From Lama guanicoe (lineage: Eukaryota), in NCBI GenBank assembly GCA_013239625.1, contig MU054400.1, positions 541,146 through 605,145 of the forward strand: a stretch of DNA of 64,000 nt, written 5' to 3'. A model generated the notes under the pieces. The model saw nothing but the letters and a program-made list of their open reading frames with translations, ran no database searches and was not told the DNA's origin. A program made the translations under genes and the position numbers. This document shows positions 13,213-24,828 of the stretch, piece after piece. Every line of letters starts with the position of its first letter. The first letter of the stretch is position 1.

Positions 13213-15869
13213 CTTACAGGCTCACTTGTTAACCACCACCTCTCTCCCACCCCCAGGAAGACCTTTAGGAGGGAGGCACAAAGAAGAACAACTTACACGC
13301 AGGAACTACTATGTATTGCTGCTCTCTGACAATGTTTCATTTGTGGCTTTTGCAAAGGTACAGATGTAATAGCTGTGCTGGGCTGCAATGTCTGAGTACA
13401 TTTTAACTCTTTCCCAAGCTTAACTTTTTAAGCTACGTTTTCTCTTTTTCTTGTTTCAGTTTATTTATGTCGATCCTTTTTATGATGTGTATTCCTATAA
13501 GTTCCCTCAAAAACCTCTATGAAGTAGATAAGAAAACAATCCTTCAAACTTCAAACTCAACTTCAAAGACTTCCCCAAGTCCCTCCGGCCAATCAGCCCA
13601 TGCTCCAGATGCCCACCAACATCCTTTACGAACCAACATTACAACCTTTACAAGCCCACATCCAAGCCCCCTGGGGGGAGGGTACCAGTCTATCTACCTG
13701 CTTCCTCCATCAGATCCTCATCCGCATGAGGGCAGGGGTTGTGGTTGTGTCCCATTCCTTTCTGTACCTGGGACGGTTTCTGGCAGAACAGGCTGCACAA
13801 ATGTGTGGTGACCCCACAGCACTTGTTCAACTACGTGTTAAGAAGCTGAACTAACAGAGTAGGGAGCCACCTTGCCTATTTGATGCTTGAGAATCTAGGC
13901 TGTTGTCCTAACTACACATCTACAACCAAGGCAACCAAGGGCAAAAGCATTCTCCTTTTTGGCCTCTAAAGAGGTATAGCACCTGATCTGTGATCTACAA
14001 GCACATCCCCGCCCTCAGTTTTAAATGAGTTTCCTCCAGGTTCTAAGCCTATACTTTGACACTTTATGGTGGTGGACAGTCTAACCTCCTAATGAAAACG
14101 TTGCTATTTCCTCATCTAAACCTCACACTGTCACGTCAATGGGCACTTCACCAAATACCACTTGTTCCTTGAGAGAAATAACCCCAAAGCTCAGTCATAA
14201 GATCACCAGAAAAGCCTTGAGTGGTCACTCACTCCAGGATCCTGTCACCAAGGGTACCAAGGTGTAAATCTAAGGGAGCAAAGTCAAGGTCAGATTCCAT
14301 CACCTTGAAGGGGCAGGATCCACCTTGAACCAGACCCGTGGATAATCCTGGCAGACCAGGGCTGGAGGAACCTTGAGAATAATATTTCAGCCCCAGGGTT
14401 AAACATGAGGGAAAGTGAAAGCCAGAGACTAACAGATTTCCTCAAGGACACTCTGGACTTTGCAAAAAAGCTGTCCTTATCTTCTCCTTATTAATCCTTT
14501 ACGGTTCTGATGTTCATGGATGCATCTACAATGGACAGCAGATCGCAGCTCACGTGCCCCTCTGCTGTCCCTCTGCTGTGCCCATAGGGAGTCTGTCTCA
14601 GAATCCTCCTCAGCCTAGGGTTCTAGCAAGCCGCCAACTGATCCAAGGTAGCATTAAGGTGAATCTGATGTGACATCACTGAGCTAAACCCTTCTCAAGT
14701 GTATTTCTGTACATACACAGTCACGGCTCAGAATTCGGGGTGGGGGGGCAGTAGAAACAAGGAGAGAGCACTGGGAAACCCTGGGAGACCCCAGAACTGG
14801 GGCCATAACAGTACACGTCTGTCCTGGGGTGACAGAGTAAGGTTTCCATCAGCACTGAAACCATAGAGATGCAAGGCCTGAGGTCAGGAGGCAGTGCCCA
14901 GGGATTACAGCTTTTAAAGCCCAGTAAAGAGGCCTCCCAGCGTTTGTCCTCTGGGGAAAAATTGTCCCAGGAGGAACTTCTGCTTTCTTTGGTTCCAGCC
15001 CAAAGGCAGATTTCCTCCCCAGCCAGCCCTTCTCCTGCCTGGCTGCCCTCCCCACACCCCTCCCTCCACTGGAATTCGTGGAAACTGCGCCTGCCTACAG
15101 TTATCACTACCAGGAAAGGCTCGGGAGGCCAATTCTCCTGGAAATTCTCTGTTAGCCCAGGAAGTTCTTGCTGCATCTCTCTCCTCCTAGAACTAGAGCA
15201 CTTCTGGAAGGGATAATTTGAGCTTCTCAGAAAGGATTAGATGATACAGGCCTGGGGTGTTATTTTAAGACCTTCCCCTGCAGGCTGAGGCAGCCTCCCA
15301 GCCTCCTCTGGGCCCTGCACTCTCAGCCCGGAGCCGGTCACGCAGGCAGCCCGGGGCCTGCCACTTGAGAACTCCAGGCCCAGGATGGCAGGAGCTACAC
15401 TGACCTCAATTCCTCTCCTGCTTACTTTCCCCCGCTCCAGATGCTGGGGGAGAACAGTATGCTTGCACCTTCTTTAGCCATTTGCTAGAAGAGAGGTAGA
15501 ACTCTAACACACAGTTCAAGAGGCACCAAATGCGACTTCCAAGGGAAGCAGCATGGTAGGAAAGGTCACAGATCAGGGTTCAAATCCCTGCTCCACCTCT
15601 AAAAAGCCACAGGCACGTTTCAATAACTCTGAACCTTGTCTGTGATAAAGCAGGGTGCCTAACACACAGTAGGCCTACAACATATATTCGCTGAATAAAT
15701 ATATGAATAATACTTGTATGCAGGCCTTACACTCTAAGAGGTAAAGTTATTCTTAACAGAACTCAACAGAGGCTAAGAAGTCATTAGACAGACTGTTTGC
15801 TGAGGAGAATCAGGAGAGTTTAGCTGCATCTTAAATGCAGAAGGACTAAGGGTATTAACATCATTACAG

Positions 15870-16500
15870 AAAAAGAGTCCTGGTGAGAGAATGCACAAAA
15901 CAAAGGGGAAAAGGCCTTACACTCAAACAAAAGATAACACTGGCAAAGTGAACAGAGAGATGACAGATTCAGAGAAGAGATCTGCGGTGTCTGAGACCAG
16001 CAAGGGACTAGTATCCAGGATGTATTAAAAAATCTTGCATATCATCAAGAATAACATAAGAGCCCCAGTGAGAAAAACAGCCAACGGATTACAAAAATAA
16101 GCAGTTACCAAAGAATCCCAAAGGCCATTAAGCATACGAAGAGATGCTCCAGCTCATCTGTAATCAGAGAAAAGCAAGATAAACCAAGAGCTCTCCCAGC
16201 ACATCTACTCATTTGGCAAAGGTTAGGGAGTTGGTTAACGCCAAGTACTTGTAGTGGTACAGCCATGCTCTTGCTCTGCTGGGGGAAACGTAACAGGGGA
16301 CAGCCACCCTCGAGTATCTGGCATTCCGAAAACAACATAAACATACACGCACAGGCCCATAAAGGACGTGGAGAAGGCTGTTCCTTATGGCAGTATTTGT
16401 GAAGGCGGTGCTGGAGGCCGTGTGGAAGTCTATCATTAATGCAGGGAGAAAACTGGGATGAAGACCATGGACACCAGACTACATATTGCAGTGTGGACGG
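15870..16500 (+). mobile_element. Old L1 (L1ME-like) ORF2 3' fragment
   Basis: Degenerate L1 ORF2 C-terminal motifs (gatgctccagctcatctgtaatcagagaaaagcaa; ttccttatggcagtatttgtga) on an A-rich + strand. Confidence 0.6.
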
Positions 16501-16519
16501 AACTTACATCCAAGGGTGA

Positions 16520-17690
16520 GTGCCTGGAGCCCAGCTCTTGGTTTCTAAATACCCTTAGAGAAGTGGCTGACTCCAGAGCTGAGTCAGGGAATGAACAGGA
16601 GGAGCCTGGCACATCTTGATGTGTCTAAAGGAAAGGAAATGCTCGAAGAATGATGGGCTATGCCAAAATGACACAGGAGCCGCTTGAAGGGGATCTCATT
16701 GGCCAAATGTGACAGTGAGCATCAAAACAAATAATGCTAGTAAAGGATTATGAGCTATTGAATAAAGTAAGAATCCATAAGTCTGCACTAATATATGAAT
16801 TAACAGAGGAGAAGGGAAAGCTCTTCCTTACAGGAAAATGCCAACCAACAAATGTAGAAGCAATGACAGAATCAGATCACCAGCCACCATAATAACAATT
16901 GATTCAGGCAAGAATCAACAGGTACTAAAGACCAACAGATGAAAGTTTGAGGAATAACAGGATATTTACATAATTTCAAAGTAAATGCCCATAAGACACA
17001 TTTTAATTAAAAAGGGTAAAATAGCAAACTTGAGCGTGGAGAAACAGCAGGTGTCACCACAATGAAATGACCGAAGTTCACATGGCCAGTAAGGAACGAA
17101 CTGACAGCATGTGACAGCACCATTCACATGGTATTCTTGTCAAAAGTGCATAACCTGAACCTCATCACAAGGCTACCTCAAACAGACCCAAACTGAGGGG
17201 CCTTTACAAAATAATTGGCCTGTACTCTTCGACAATGTCGGTATCATGTAATGTAAAGAAACGGTAGGCATTGTTCCAGATTAAGAGACTAGAGACACAC
17301 GATAACTGAATAAAATGCATGCTCTTTTACTGCAAGGACATTCTTGGGACAACTGACAAAGTCTTCATAAGGTCTGTAATGAGATAACAGAAATTTCTCA
17401 GTGTTGATTTCCTGATTTGATCAGTATACTATGGTTATATTAAAAAAAATTCTTGTTTTTAAGAAATACATACTAAATGTTTAGGGGTTAAGTGGCAAGA
17501 TTCAGAATAGGACACACATACATGGAGAGACAGAAAGAGGGAGAAGAAAAAAAGGAAATATAGTAAAATGTTAACATCTGGGGAATTTAGGGGGATCCAG
17601 AGGATATTCAGAATTTCTTTGTATCATTCTAGCAACTTTTCTGTAAGTTTGAAGTTATGTCAATTTTTTTAAAAATTGGGAAAAAGAAAA
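16520..17690 (+). mobile_element. L1MC (L1MC4-like) 3' region
   Basis: ctcttggtttctaaatacc...cattggccaaatgtgacagtgagcatcaaaacaaataatg...gcaacttttctgtaagtttga; homologous to 39160-40170 in this window. Confidence 0.75.
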
Positions 17691-19189
17691 AGAAGAAGCA
17701 GAGCTGGGTGAAAAAATTTAGAATCAAAATGAACTATAAAAAAATCATTTACATAAGTTAAAAATACATGTACACATGCTGTATGATACCTTCACATGGC
17801 ATTCTCAAAAAGATAAAACAACAAACAGTAATGATTAACAGGGGTGATTAACAGGGGTGAAGAGTGGAAGGAAAATGTGACTATAGGGGGATTTCTGGGG
17901 GTGATGGAACTGTTCTGTGTCCAGATAGTGGCGGTGGCTATTTATTTATTCATAAAAATTCATAAAACTATAAACCAGAAAAAGATCAATTTGACTGTAG
18001 GTTAATCTAAAAAAATCAAAAATTTTAAATTAAAAATTTCATTTATATGAAGCAGTGACACCCATTTAGCAAGAAAAAAAAAAAAACTACCAGATACACA
18101 TTAAACACTTTAGGATGGCTGTCCCTGGTGCGGTTGGGAAATGAAAGTGCGAATGAGGATAGAATAGAACAAATAAATAAGACGAGACAGTCCTTGATGA
18201 TAATAGGCCATGAAATAAAAAGTTGGATGGTTGGATGGAGAGAAAGAAAAGAATAAAGAAAATACAGAGGAAATAAACAGCAGAGTGGTGGATGGAGCTG
18301 GATGTGTCCTTGCAGAGCTGCAGAGGGGAGGAAGGAGCCACCTCTGGACCAGACCAAGGTCCCTGAAGGAGTTCTGCAACACTGTGGGGACGGACCCATC
18401 AGCCATGACAGCCTGACACCATCCAACATTAGAGTACAACTCATTTCCTTGCCCTGACTTCTGACTTACCCACTGCCTGAGTATACTATGGCTTCCCCTG
18501 TAGTGCTGCCAGCAGCCAGAGGATTCCAAGCCTCTTGAAAACAGTTCCAATCTTCCCAGTAGCACAGCAACTTAGCATTTCAGCATGTAAATAAGCCTCA
18601 TGGGTGTTTTATTACTGAGTCAGCTGACCCTCTGATCAATTCTGGAGCACGACTGCATTTCTGGAACAGCAATGCTGGTAACAAGTACATCCTTCTCCCT
18701 CCAACTAGAACCAGACCTTGGACTAATGGAGAGAGCCTGCTGCCCTATGGGCCATCTGGGCAGTCAGCCAGCCATGCACTCCTGGCAATACCTCTCTGGT
18801 ATCAGAACCTCTTTGAATACAGCCAGCTCCAGTTTCTTCTTCTAAGGAGTAGAGATAATAGTGTATTCTCTTCAGGTGGTATATGAGACATATACATATA
18901 TATACTTACTACAGTGCTTAGCATTAATAGGTGTTCAATAAATATTACTTTGTACTAATAAATGTTCAATAAATATTACTTTCCCTTCTCCCCTGAATCC
19001 CTAGACTTCAAAGCCTACAGATGATTACAACTCTATAACCACAAGTGCCTAAAATTTCACACTTCTATTCTAGTCCTCCAGCATCAGTGATCTGGGATGA
19101 CTGAGGGCCCTGTGGGTACCGTATAAGGCTTCTTATGACATGAGGGTTGAATAGCCATTTTGTTCTTCTTTTACTGTCAGGGACAAGTA

Positions 19190-19710
19190 CTAAAATGTTA
19201 ATTTAAAGAACCAGCTTAGAAAAAGAATACAGAAGAAAATTTCTATAATCTTAGGATAATGAAGACCTTCCTAAGTGCACAAATAACCTGAGGTCATAAA
19301 GGAAAAGAGACACTTAAGTCCATAAAACTTCTGTATGATCAAAGATACCGGAGATAAAAGACATGTGGCAGATGAAGAGACCATATTTGCCAATAAAGGA
19401 GTAATATCTGCAATATTAAAAACTCCCATGAACATATTTTTAAAACTAATAGAAAATGGGTTAAAATATTAACAAGTAACAAGTAACAAAAGAAATACAA
19501 ATGGCCAACTAACACATGAACATTTGCTCGACATCATCAGTAACCAGGGAAACATATTAAAACAAGATACCACATTTGACCATCATATTGGCAAATGTAA
19601 AAAGACAGACAACGTGCAGTGCTGCATGGATGCGGGAATCGGGCACTTCTCACACACTGAGTGTAAACTGGAGGGCAATTTGATAGCATCTACTAAAATG
19701 CTAAAAGTAC
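19190..19710 (+). mobile_element. Old L1 (L1ME-like) ORF2 3' fragment
   Basis: aaatacaaatggccaactaacacatgaa...catcagtaaccagggaaa resembles L1 ORF2 'IQMANKHMK..S'. Confidence 0.6.
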
Positions 19711-20150
19711 ATGATCTTCACATCTCAAATCAACATAGCCTAACCTTCTACCTTAAAAAACTTAAAAAAAAAAGAAAGAAAAACAAACTAAACCCAAAGC
19801 TAAAAGCAAAACAGAAGGAAGAAAATAACAAAGATTAGAGCAGAAATTAATAAAACAGAGAACAGAAAAGTAATAGAGAAAATAGATGAAACCAAAGTTG
19901 GGTCTTTGAAAAGTTCAACAAAAATGACATACTTTTGGCTAGACTGACCCAGGGGCCGGGGGGTGAAGAGAGAGAGAAGACTCAAATTACCAAAATCGAG
20001 AATGAAAGCAGAAATACCCATACCAACCTTAGAGTAATAAAAAGAATTATAAGAAAATACTATAAACAACTGTATGTCAATACATTAAATGACAAGTTAC
20101 TAGGAAAACACTAACTACTAAAACTGACTCAAGAATAAACAGAAATTCTG

Positions 20151-20306
20151 GGAACAATATTAAATATATTGTAGTGACCTATAATGAAAAAGAATATGAA
20201 AACGAATACACCCATGTATATGTATGACTGAAACATTATGCTGTACACCAGTAATTGACACAACATTGCAAATTGGTTATACTTCAATTAAGAAATAAAA
20301 TTAAAA
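20151..20306 (+). mobile_element. 5'-truncated cetartiodactyl-type L1 3' end nested in an older L1
   Basis: tgctgtacaccagtaattgacacaacattg...tacttcaat followed by an A-rich tail. TSD aagaataaacagaaa(t/a)tctg at 20131-20150 and 20307-20326. Confidence 0.85.
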
Positions 20307-20576
20307 AAGAATAAACAGAAAATCTGAATAGACCCATAAGAAGTAAAGAAACTCAGTTTATAACCAAAAAGCTTCCCACAAAGAAAAGCCCAGGTCCAGA
20401 CGGCCTCACTAGTGAATACTATTAGATATGTAAAGAAGAATTAATACCAACCCTTCACAAACTCTCCCTGAAATTGAAGAGGAGGGAACATTTCCTTACT
20501 CATTCTATGAGTGAGGCAGTGTTACCTTGATATCAAATTCAGACAAGGACATAATGAGAAAGAAAACTGCAGACCA

Positions 20577-20690
20577 GGGGGAGGGTGTAGCTCAGTGGTA
20601 GAGCAGCTGCTCAGCATGCATGAGGTCCTGGGTTCAATCCCCAGTAACTCCATTGAAAAAAAAAAAAAAAGAAAAGAGAGAAAAAGAAAA
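20577..20690 (+). mobile_element. tRNA-derived SINE (camelid vic-1-like)
   Basis: ggggagggtgtagctcagtggtagagc (A box) ... ggttcaatcccc (B box) followed by a poly(A) tail. Confidence 0.85.
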
Positions 20691-21383
20691 GTACAGCTCG
20701 TTTATTTGTGAATTATACCTCAATTAAGCTAAAAAAAAAAACCCTACAGAGAGACAGTGGTCTCTTATGAATAAGAATTCTCAACAAAACAATAAACTGA
20801 ATCAAATAGCATATAAAAAGGATGACACACCTCGACTAAGGGGGATTTACTCCAGGGATTCAAGTTTATACCTGAAAAATCAACATGTAATACACCACAT
20901 CAAGAGAACAGCAAATGACAAAAACATATGATCATCTCAACAGACACAGAAACGCATTTGACAAAGCACATCAACACCTGTTCATGATAAAAACCGTCAA
21001 CAAACTGGGAATAGAAGGGAACTTCCTCACCTGATAAAGGGCATCTATTAAAAACTCCACCACTCACATACTTAAAAACTGAATGGGAAAAACAATGTTT
21101 TCCGCCTAAGATCAGAAACAAGGCAAGGATGTCCTCCGCTCTTACTGCCGCTATTCAACATGGTGCTGGAAGTTCTAACCAGGACAATCGGGCAAGAAAA
21201 AGAGCTGCTGTGAGAGTTAATGAAAACAATGCATACGTAGAACTTTTCCCATGCTTGGCAAGCAGTTAGTGCTGAATAAGCGTATCTGTTGGGGAGGTGG
21301 TTGGTGTGGTTATTGCTGGAGCCTAGGACCCTAGATTCACAGCAGCTCCCACTGATTGGGTTTTCAAGCTGATCAATTTGCTT

Positions 21384-21677
21384 TTTTTTAATTCTTATTT
21401 TTTACTGAAGTGTAGTTGATTTACAATGTTAGTTTCATGTGCACAGCAAAGCAATTCAGTTATTCATATACATACACACATTTTTTTTCAGATTCTTTTC
21501 CATTACAGCTCATTACAGGAAATTGAATACAGTTCCCTGTGCTATACAGTGGGTCCTTGTTGTTTATCTATTCTGTGTATAGTAGTGTGTATCTATTAAT
21601 CCCAAACTCCTAACCTATGCCCCTACCTTTCCCCCTTGTAACCACACTTTGTTTTCTGTGTCCGTTAGTCTATATCT
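21384..21677 (-). mobile_element. 5'-truncated L1 3' end (sense to B4GALT1)
   Basis: T-rich tail, then tgaagtgtagttgatttacaatgtt...gttccctgtgctatacag. TSD tga(t/c)caattt(g/a)ctt at 21370-21383 and 21678-21691. Confidence 0.85.
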
Positions 21678-23272
21678 TGACCAATTTACTTCTGACCTGG
21701 GGCCTAGAAACTGGAATTGCTGGAAGGGTCAGGTGGGTGTGAGAGAGTCCAGTAAGACTCTCCTGGCTCAGGGCCACTGACAGTCACCCAGCCCCACGTG
21801 GCTGGCCCTAGTGGGGACAGCATTCAGCTGTCCTGCAGCCAAGCCATCAAGCTGTACTAAGCAGGAGGGCAAGGCTGCATCAGAACTCCCAGGCAGGAAG
21901 AGACTTCAGAGAACATCCGAGCTAAGCCCTCATCTCCTTCTATCGATGGGTAAAGTGAGGCCCAGTGAGAAAACATGAATCCTCTCAGATCGCTCAGTAG
22001 GTTGGCACCAGAATGGAACTGAAGGGCTTGGCATCCTGGCCTCTAACACCAGCCCCTGGGTAGAGTAAAGACAGGCTATCTAGAGGCCTGTGCCTTCATT
22101 TTTCTAACAACACAGTGGCACAGGTCACTGGTCAGCCCAGCCTGAGTCCACCTACATCTAATCTCCTTTTTAAAAACAACAACAACAACAAAAACCTACC
22201 CTTTTTCAAATCCTGAGACTCCACCACATATCCAGTGCTCCCTCTGACCCCTCCCCCCGACCACTGAGCCACCTGTAGTCTGTGATGGCCTCTCCCCCGA
22301 CACTAACAAACAGTGCCCACCTGGAGAAGGGAAGGCTAGGGAATCACCACAGACTCTGACACGCCGGACACCTGACGAAACTCACGCCAAGTAGTGGGTG
22401 TCGTGGATTCAACAAAATGGAGGCCTTCTCTTGTGCCCTGCAGTAGGTCTGTTCAGATAAGCCAGGCCATAGTCCCCACCACAATTTGGCTCCAGGCTAA
22501 ACCCTGTCTCTAATCTGCAGGTACAGCCTCACAGCTCTTAACTCCCCCAGGGCAGACTGAAAAAAACTGCATTTGAAAAAAATTTTTACCCTGCAGCCCT
22601 TAGTGCCCAAGGGGATGTAGTCTGCTTCGATCAAAAGACAAAGTAATGCTATTACCACAGACCTCATCTCACTCAATCCTCTGAGGTAAGAATTATCTCC
22701 CCACTTTATACAGGAAGGAAGTCTTGCCCTGGGTCCCCCAGGGACAATGTGCTGGACAGCAGCTCTGGCTGGGTTCCAAATGGGCCCAGAGAGTACCCGG
22801 TTAAGTCACAGCTGATTGCTGTGGAATGCAACAGAGGAAAGGACACATGGAGTGGCTACAAGATGAAGGGAGCATCTGTGACAGGTTGAATGTGTCCCGT
22901 CTACTGAGTCTGTAAACCTTACATCACTGAAATCACTAGCTCTAAAGCCATTCTAACATTTGGGTAAGTAGCAGGCTCCTGTCTACTCACAAAAGAGGCA
23001 AGTGCATGGGGGTGCCACGGGGACAGAAACAGCAATTCATGTCTGCAGACAGTGGCGACCAATCAACTTATTTATACCCAATGTAATGTAAAGGCCTCTC
23101 TTCATTTAGGCTGCATGGCTGGATCCCATAAGCCAGGGCTGTCAGATCAGAGTTTGTCCACATGGGCTAAATGGTCAGGTGCCCAGGCTAGCCCACCAGA
23201 GCTCAACCCTGGCTCTACATTCAGTGTTTCCAGGAACTGATCTGCCTGCAAAGTTTTAGATCAACAATATTT

Positions 23273-23734
23273 ATTTTAATTTATTTCTTTATTGAAGTAT
23301 AGTTGATTTATGATATTATATTAGTTTCAGGTATACAACATAGTGATTCAATACTTTTTATAGATTATACTCCATTTAAAGTTATTACAAAACAATGGCT
23401 ATAATTCCATGTGCTGTACAATATATCCTTGTAGATTATCTATTCTATTCTATTTCTTTTATTTTTTTATTGAAGTGTAGTCTGTTTACAATGTTGTCTC
23501 AATTTCTAGTGTACAGCGTAATATTTCAGTCATACATGTACATACATATATTCGTTTTCATCTTCTTATTCATTATAGGTTACGACACGGTATTGAATTT
23601 CCTGTGCTATATAGAAGAAACTTGCTATTCATCTATTTTATATATAGTAGTTAGTATCTGCAAATTACAAACTCCCAATTTACCCCTTCCCACCTCCTTT
23701 CCCCCCTGGTAACCATAAGTTTGTTTTCTATGTC
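23273..23734 (-). mobile_element. Two stacked or nested L1 3' ends (sense to B4GALT1)
   Basis: Two ttgaagt(a/g)tagt L1 termini, near 23292 and 23470. Outer TSD tagatcaa(c/g)aatattt at 23257-23272 and 23735-23750. Confidence 0.85.
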
Positions 23735-24644
23735 TAGATCAAGAATATTTTTAAGTCACGGTTTTAAAGCTAGGATCTGCCTCCATTCTACAGGTTTGGC
23801 TCCACAAATAAAGGAAGGAAGGCTCCTTATGTCCTGTAAATCAACTCTTTGGCAAAAGTGTGTGAAGTGTAAAGAGCCACCAGTAAGGTTCCTTTGTGGA
23901 TACCCAGTACCTCAGCAGGAAATGCCCAGAGGCAATGGCTTCTAGGAAAAGCCTCATTCCCACAGCAGCTGGTGTCCTACACAGGGAACTTTATTACACA
24001 AACACTCACACACACATGCGTGCACACACAGAACTGAGAATGTGAGACCCCTGATAAATGACTCTCCCTTGGAGTCCACGTTGTTTAAAAGCCAATATCC
24101 CTGACCCAGGAACTTACAATTGAGGGCCTGTGGATTATTCCAACCCTCCTAGAAAGCAAAGTGGCAGTGTGAACCAGTGTCGTAAAGATGACCATATCCT
24201 CTGGCCTCTGGAAATTACCCTCTAGGAATTTATCCCCAGGAAATAATGCAGATGAAGCAAAGAGCTACATGCAGCAAAAATGCTCAAGATGATCTATGAT
24301 GGTAAAACATGGAATATTGACTGTTAAGGGAATAGCCATCAGGATTTTAGGCAACAGCTACAAAAGATAATTTGGATAATTATAAGCAACGTAACAGTTT
24401 ATAGAAGCCACGTAACAGTTGAACAAATACAGCAGGAGGCAAAATAGTTTCACACTATGATTGCAACAGAGTAAAATATACATGCATTTGGAAGGTAATG
24501 GCAAGTTTTGTTACAGTGGTAGGGAGTAGAATTATATACCTGTGAACATTTAATGTGGTAACGTTGCATATTCAACCGAAAAAAACGCAGGGAGGGAATC
24601 CTACAAAGCAAAAGCCAAACTTCATAAATAAGAACTGTCAGTAC

Positions 24645-24828
24645 TACCAATAAGAGAGAACATGTATTTGGAGCTTATTTTGTGTTAAGCACTGTTTTAG
24701 GCCCTTTCATGCCTACTATCCTCACAACACCTTTGAGGCAGATACTATTATTATCCCCATTTTACAGGTGAGAACAGTGAGGCACAGAGAGGATAACAAC
24801 TTTCCCAAATCACACAGCTAGCCAGTGT
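24645..24828 (-). mobile_element. MIR SINE
   Basis: tattattatccccattttacaggtgagaacagtgaggcacagagagg is the reverse MIR core. Confidence 0.8.

Larger units (their letters stand above)
19710..21205 (+). mobile_element. L1 ORF2 internal fragment (endonuclease-RT linker and RT start), antisense to B4GALT1, with nested insertions
   Basis: Recognisable L1 ORF2 motifs RAEINKTE, KSPGPDG, HMIISTD, GCP, gggcaagaaaaag; many stops and frameshifts. Confidence 0.88.

Noticed and set aside
17832..18981. Short tandem duplications (tgattaacagggg x2 near 17832; tgttcaataaatattacttt x2 near 18933-18982)
   Set aside because: Ordinary slippage duplications within decayed repeats, with no spacer structure.
20577..20655. 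Possible tRNA-Ala gene (also at 47757, 51658, 53113)
   Set aside because: Poly(A) tails, TSDs, degenerate stems and multiple diverged copies indicate SINEs, not functional tRNAs.
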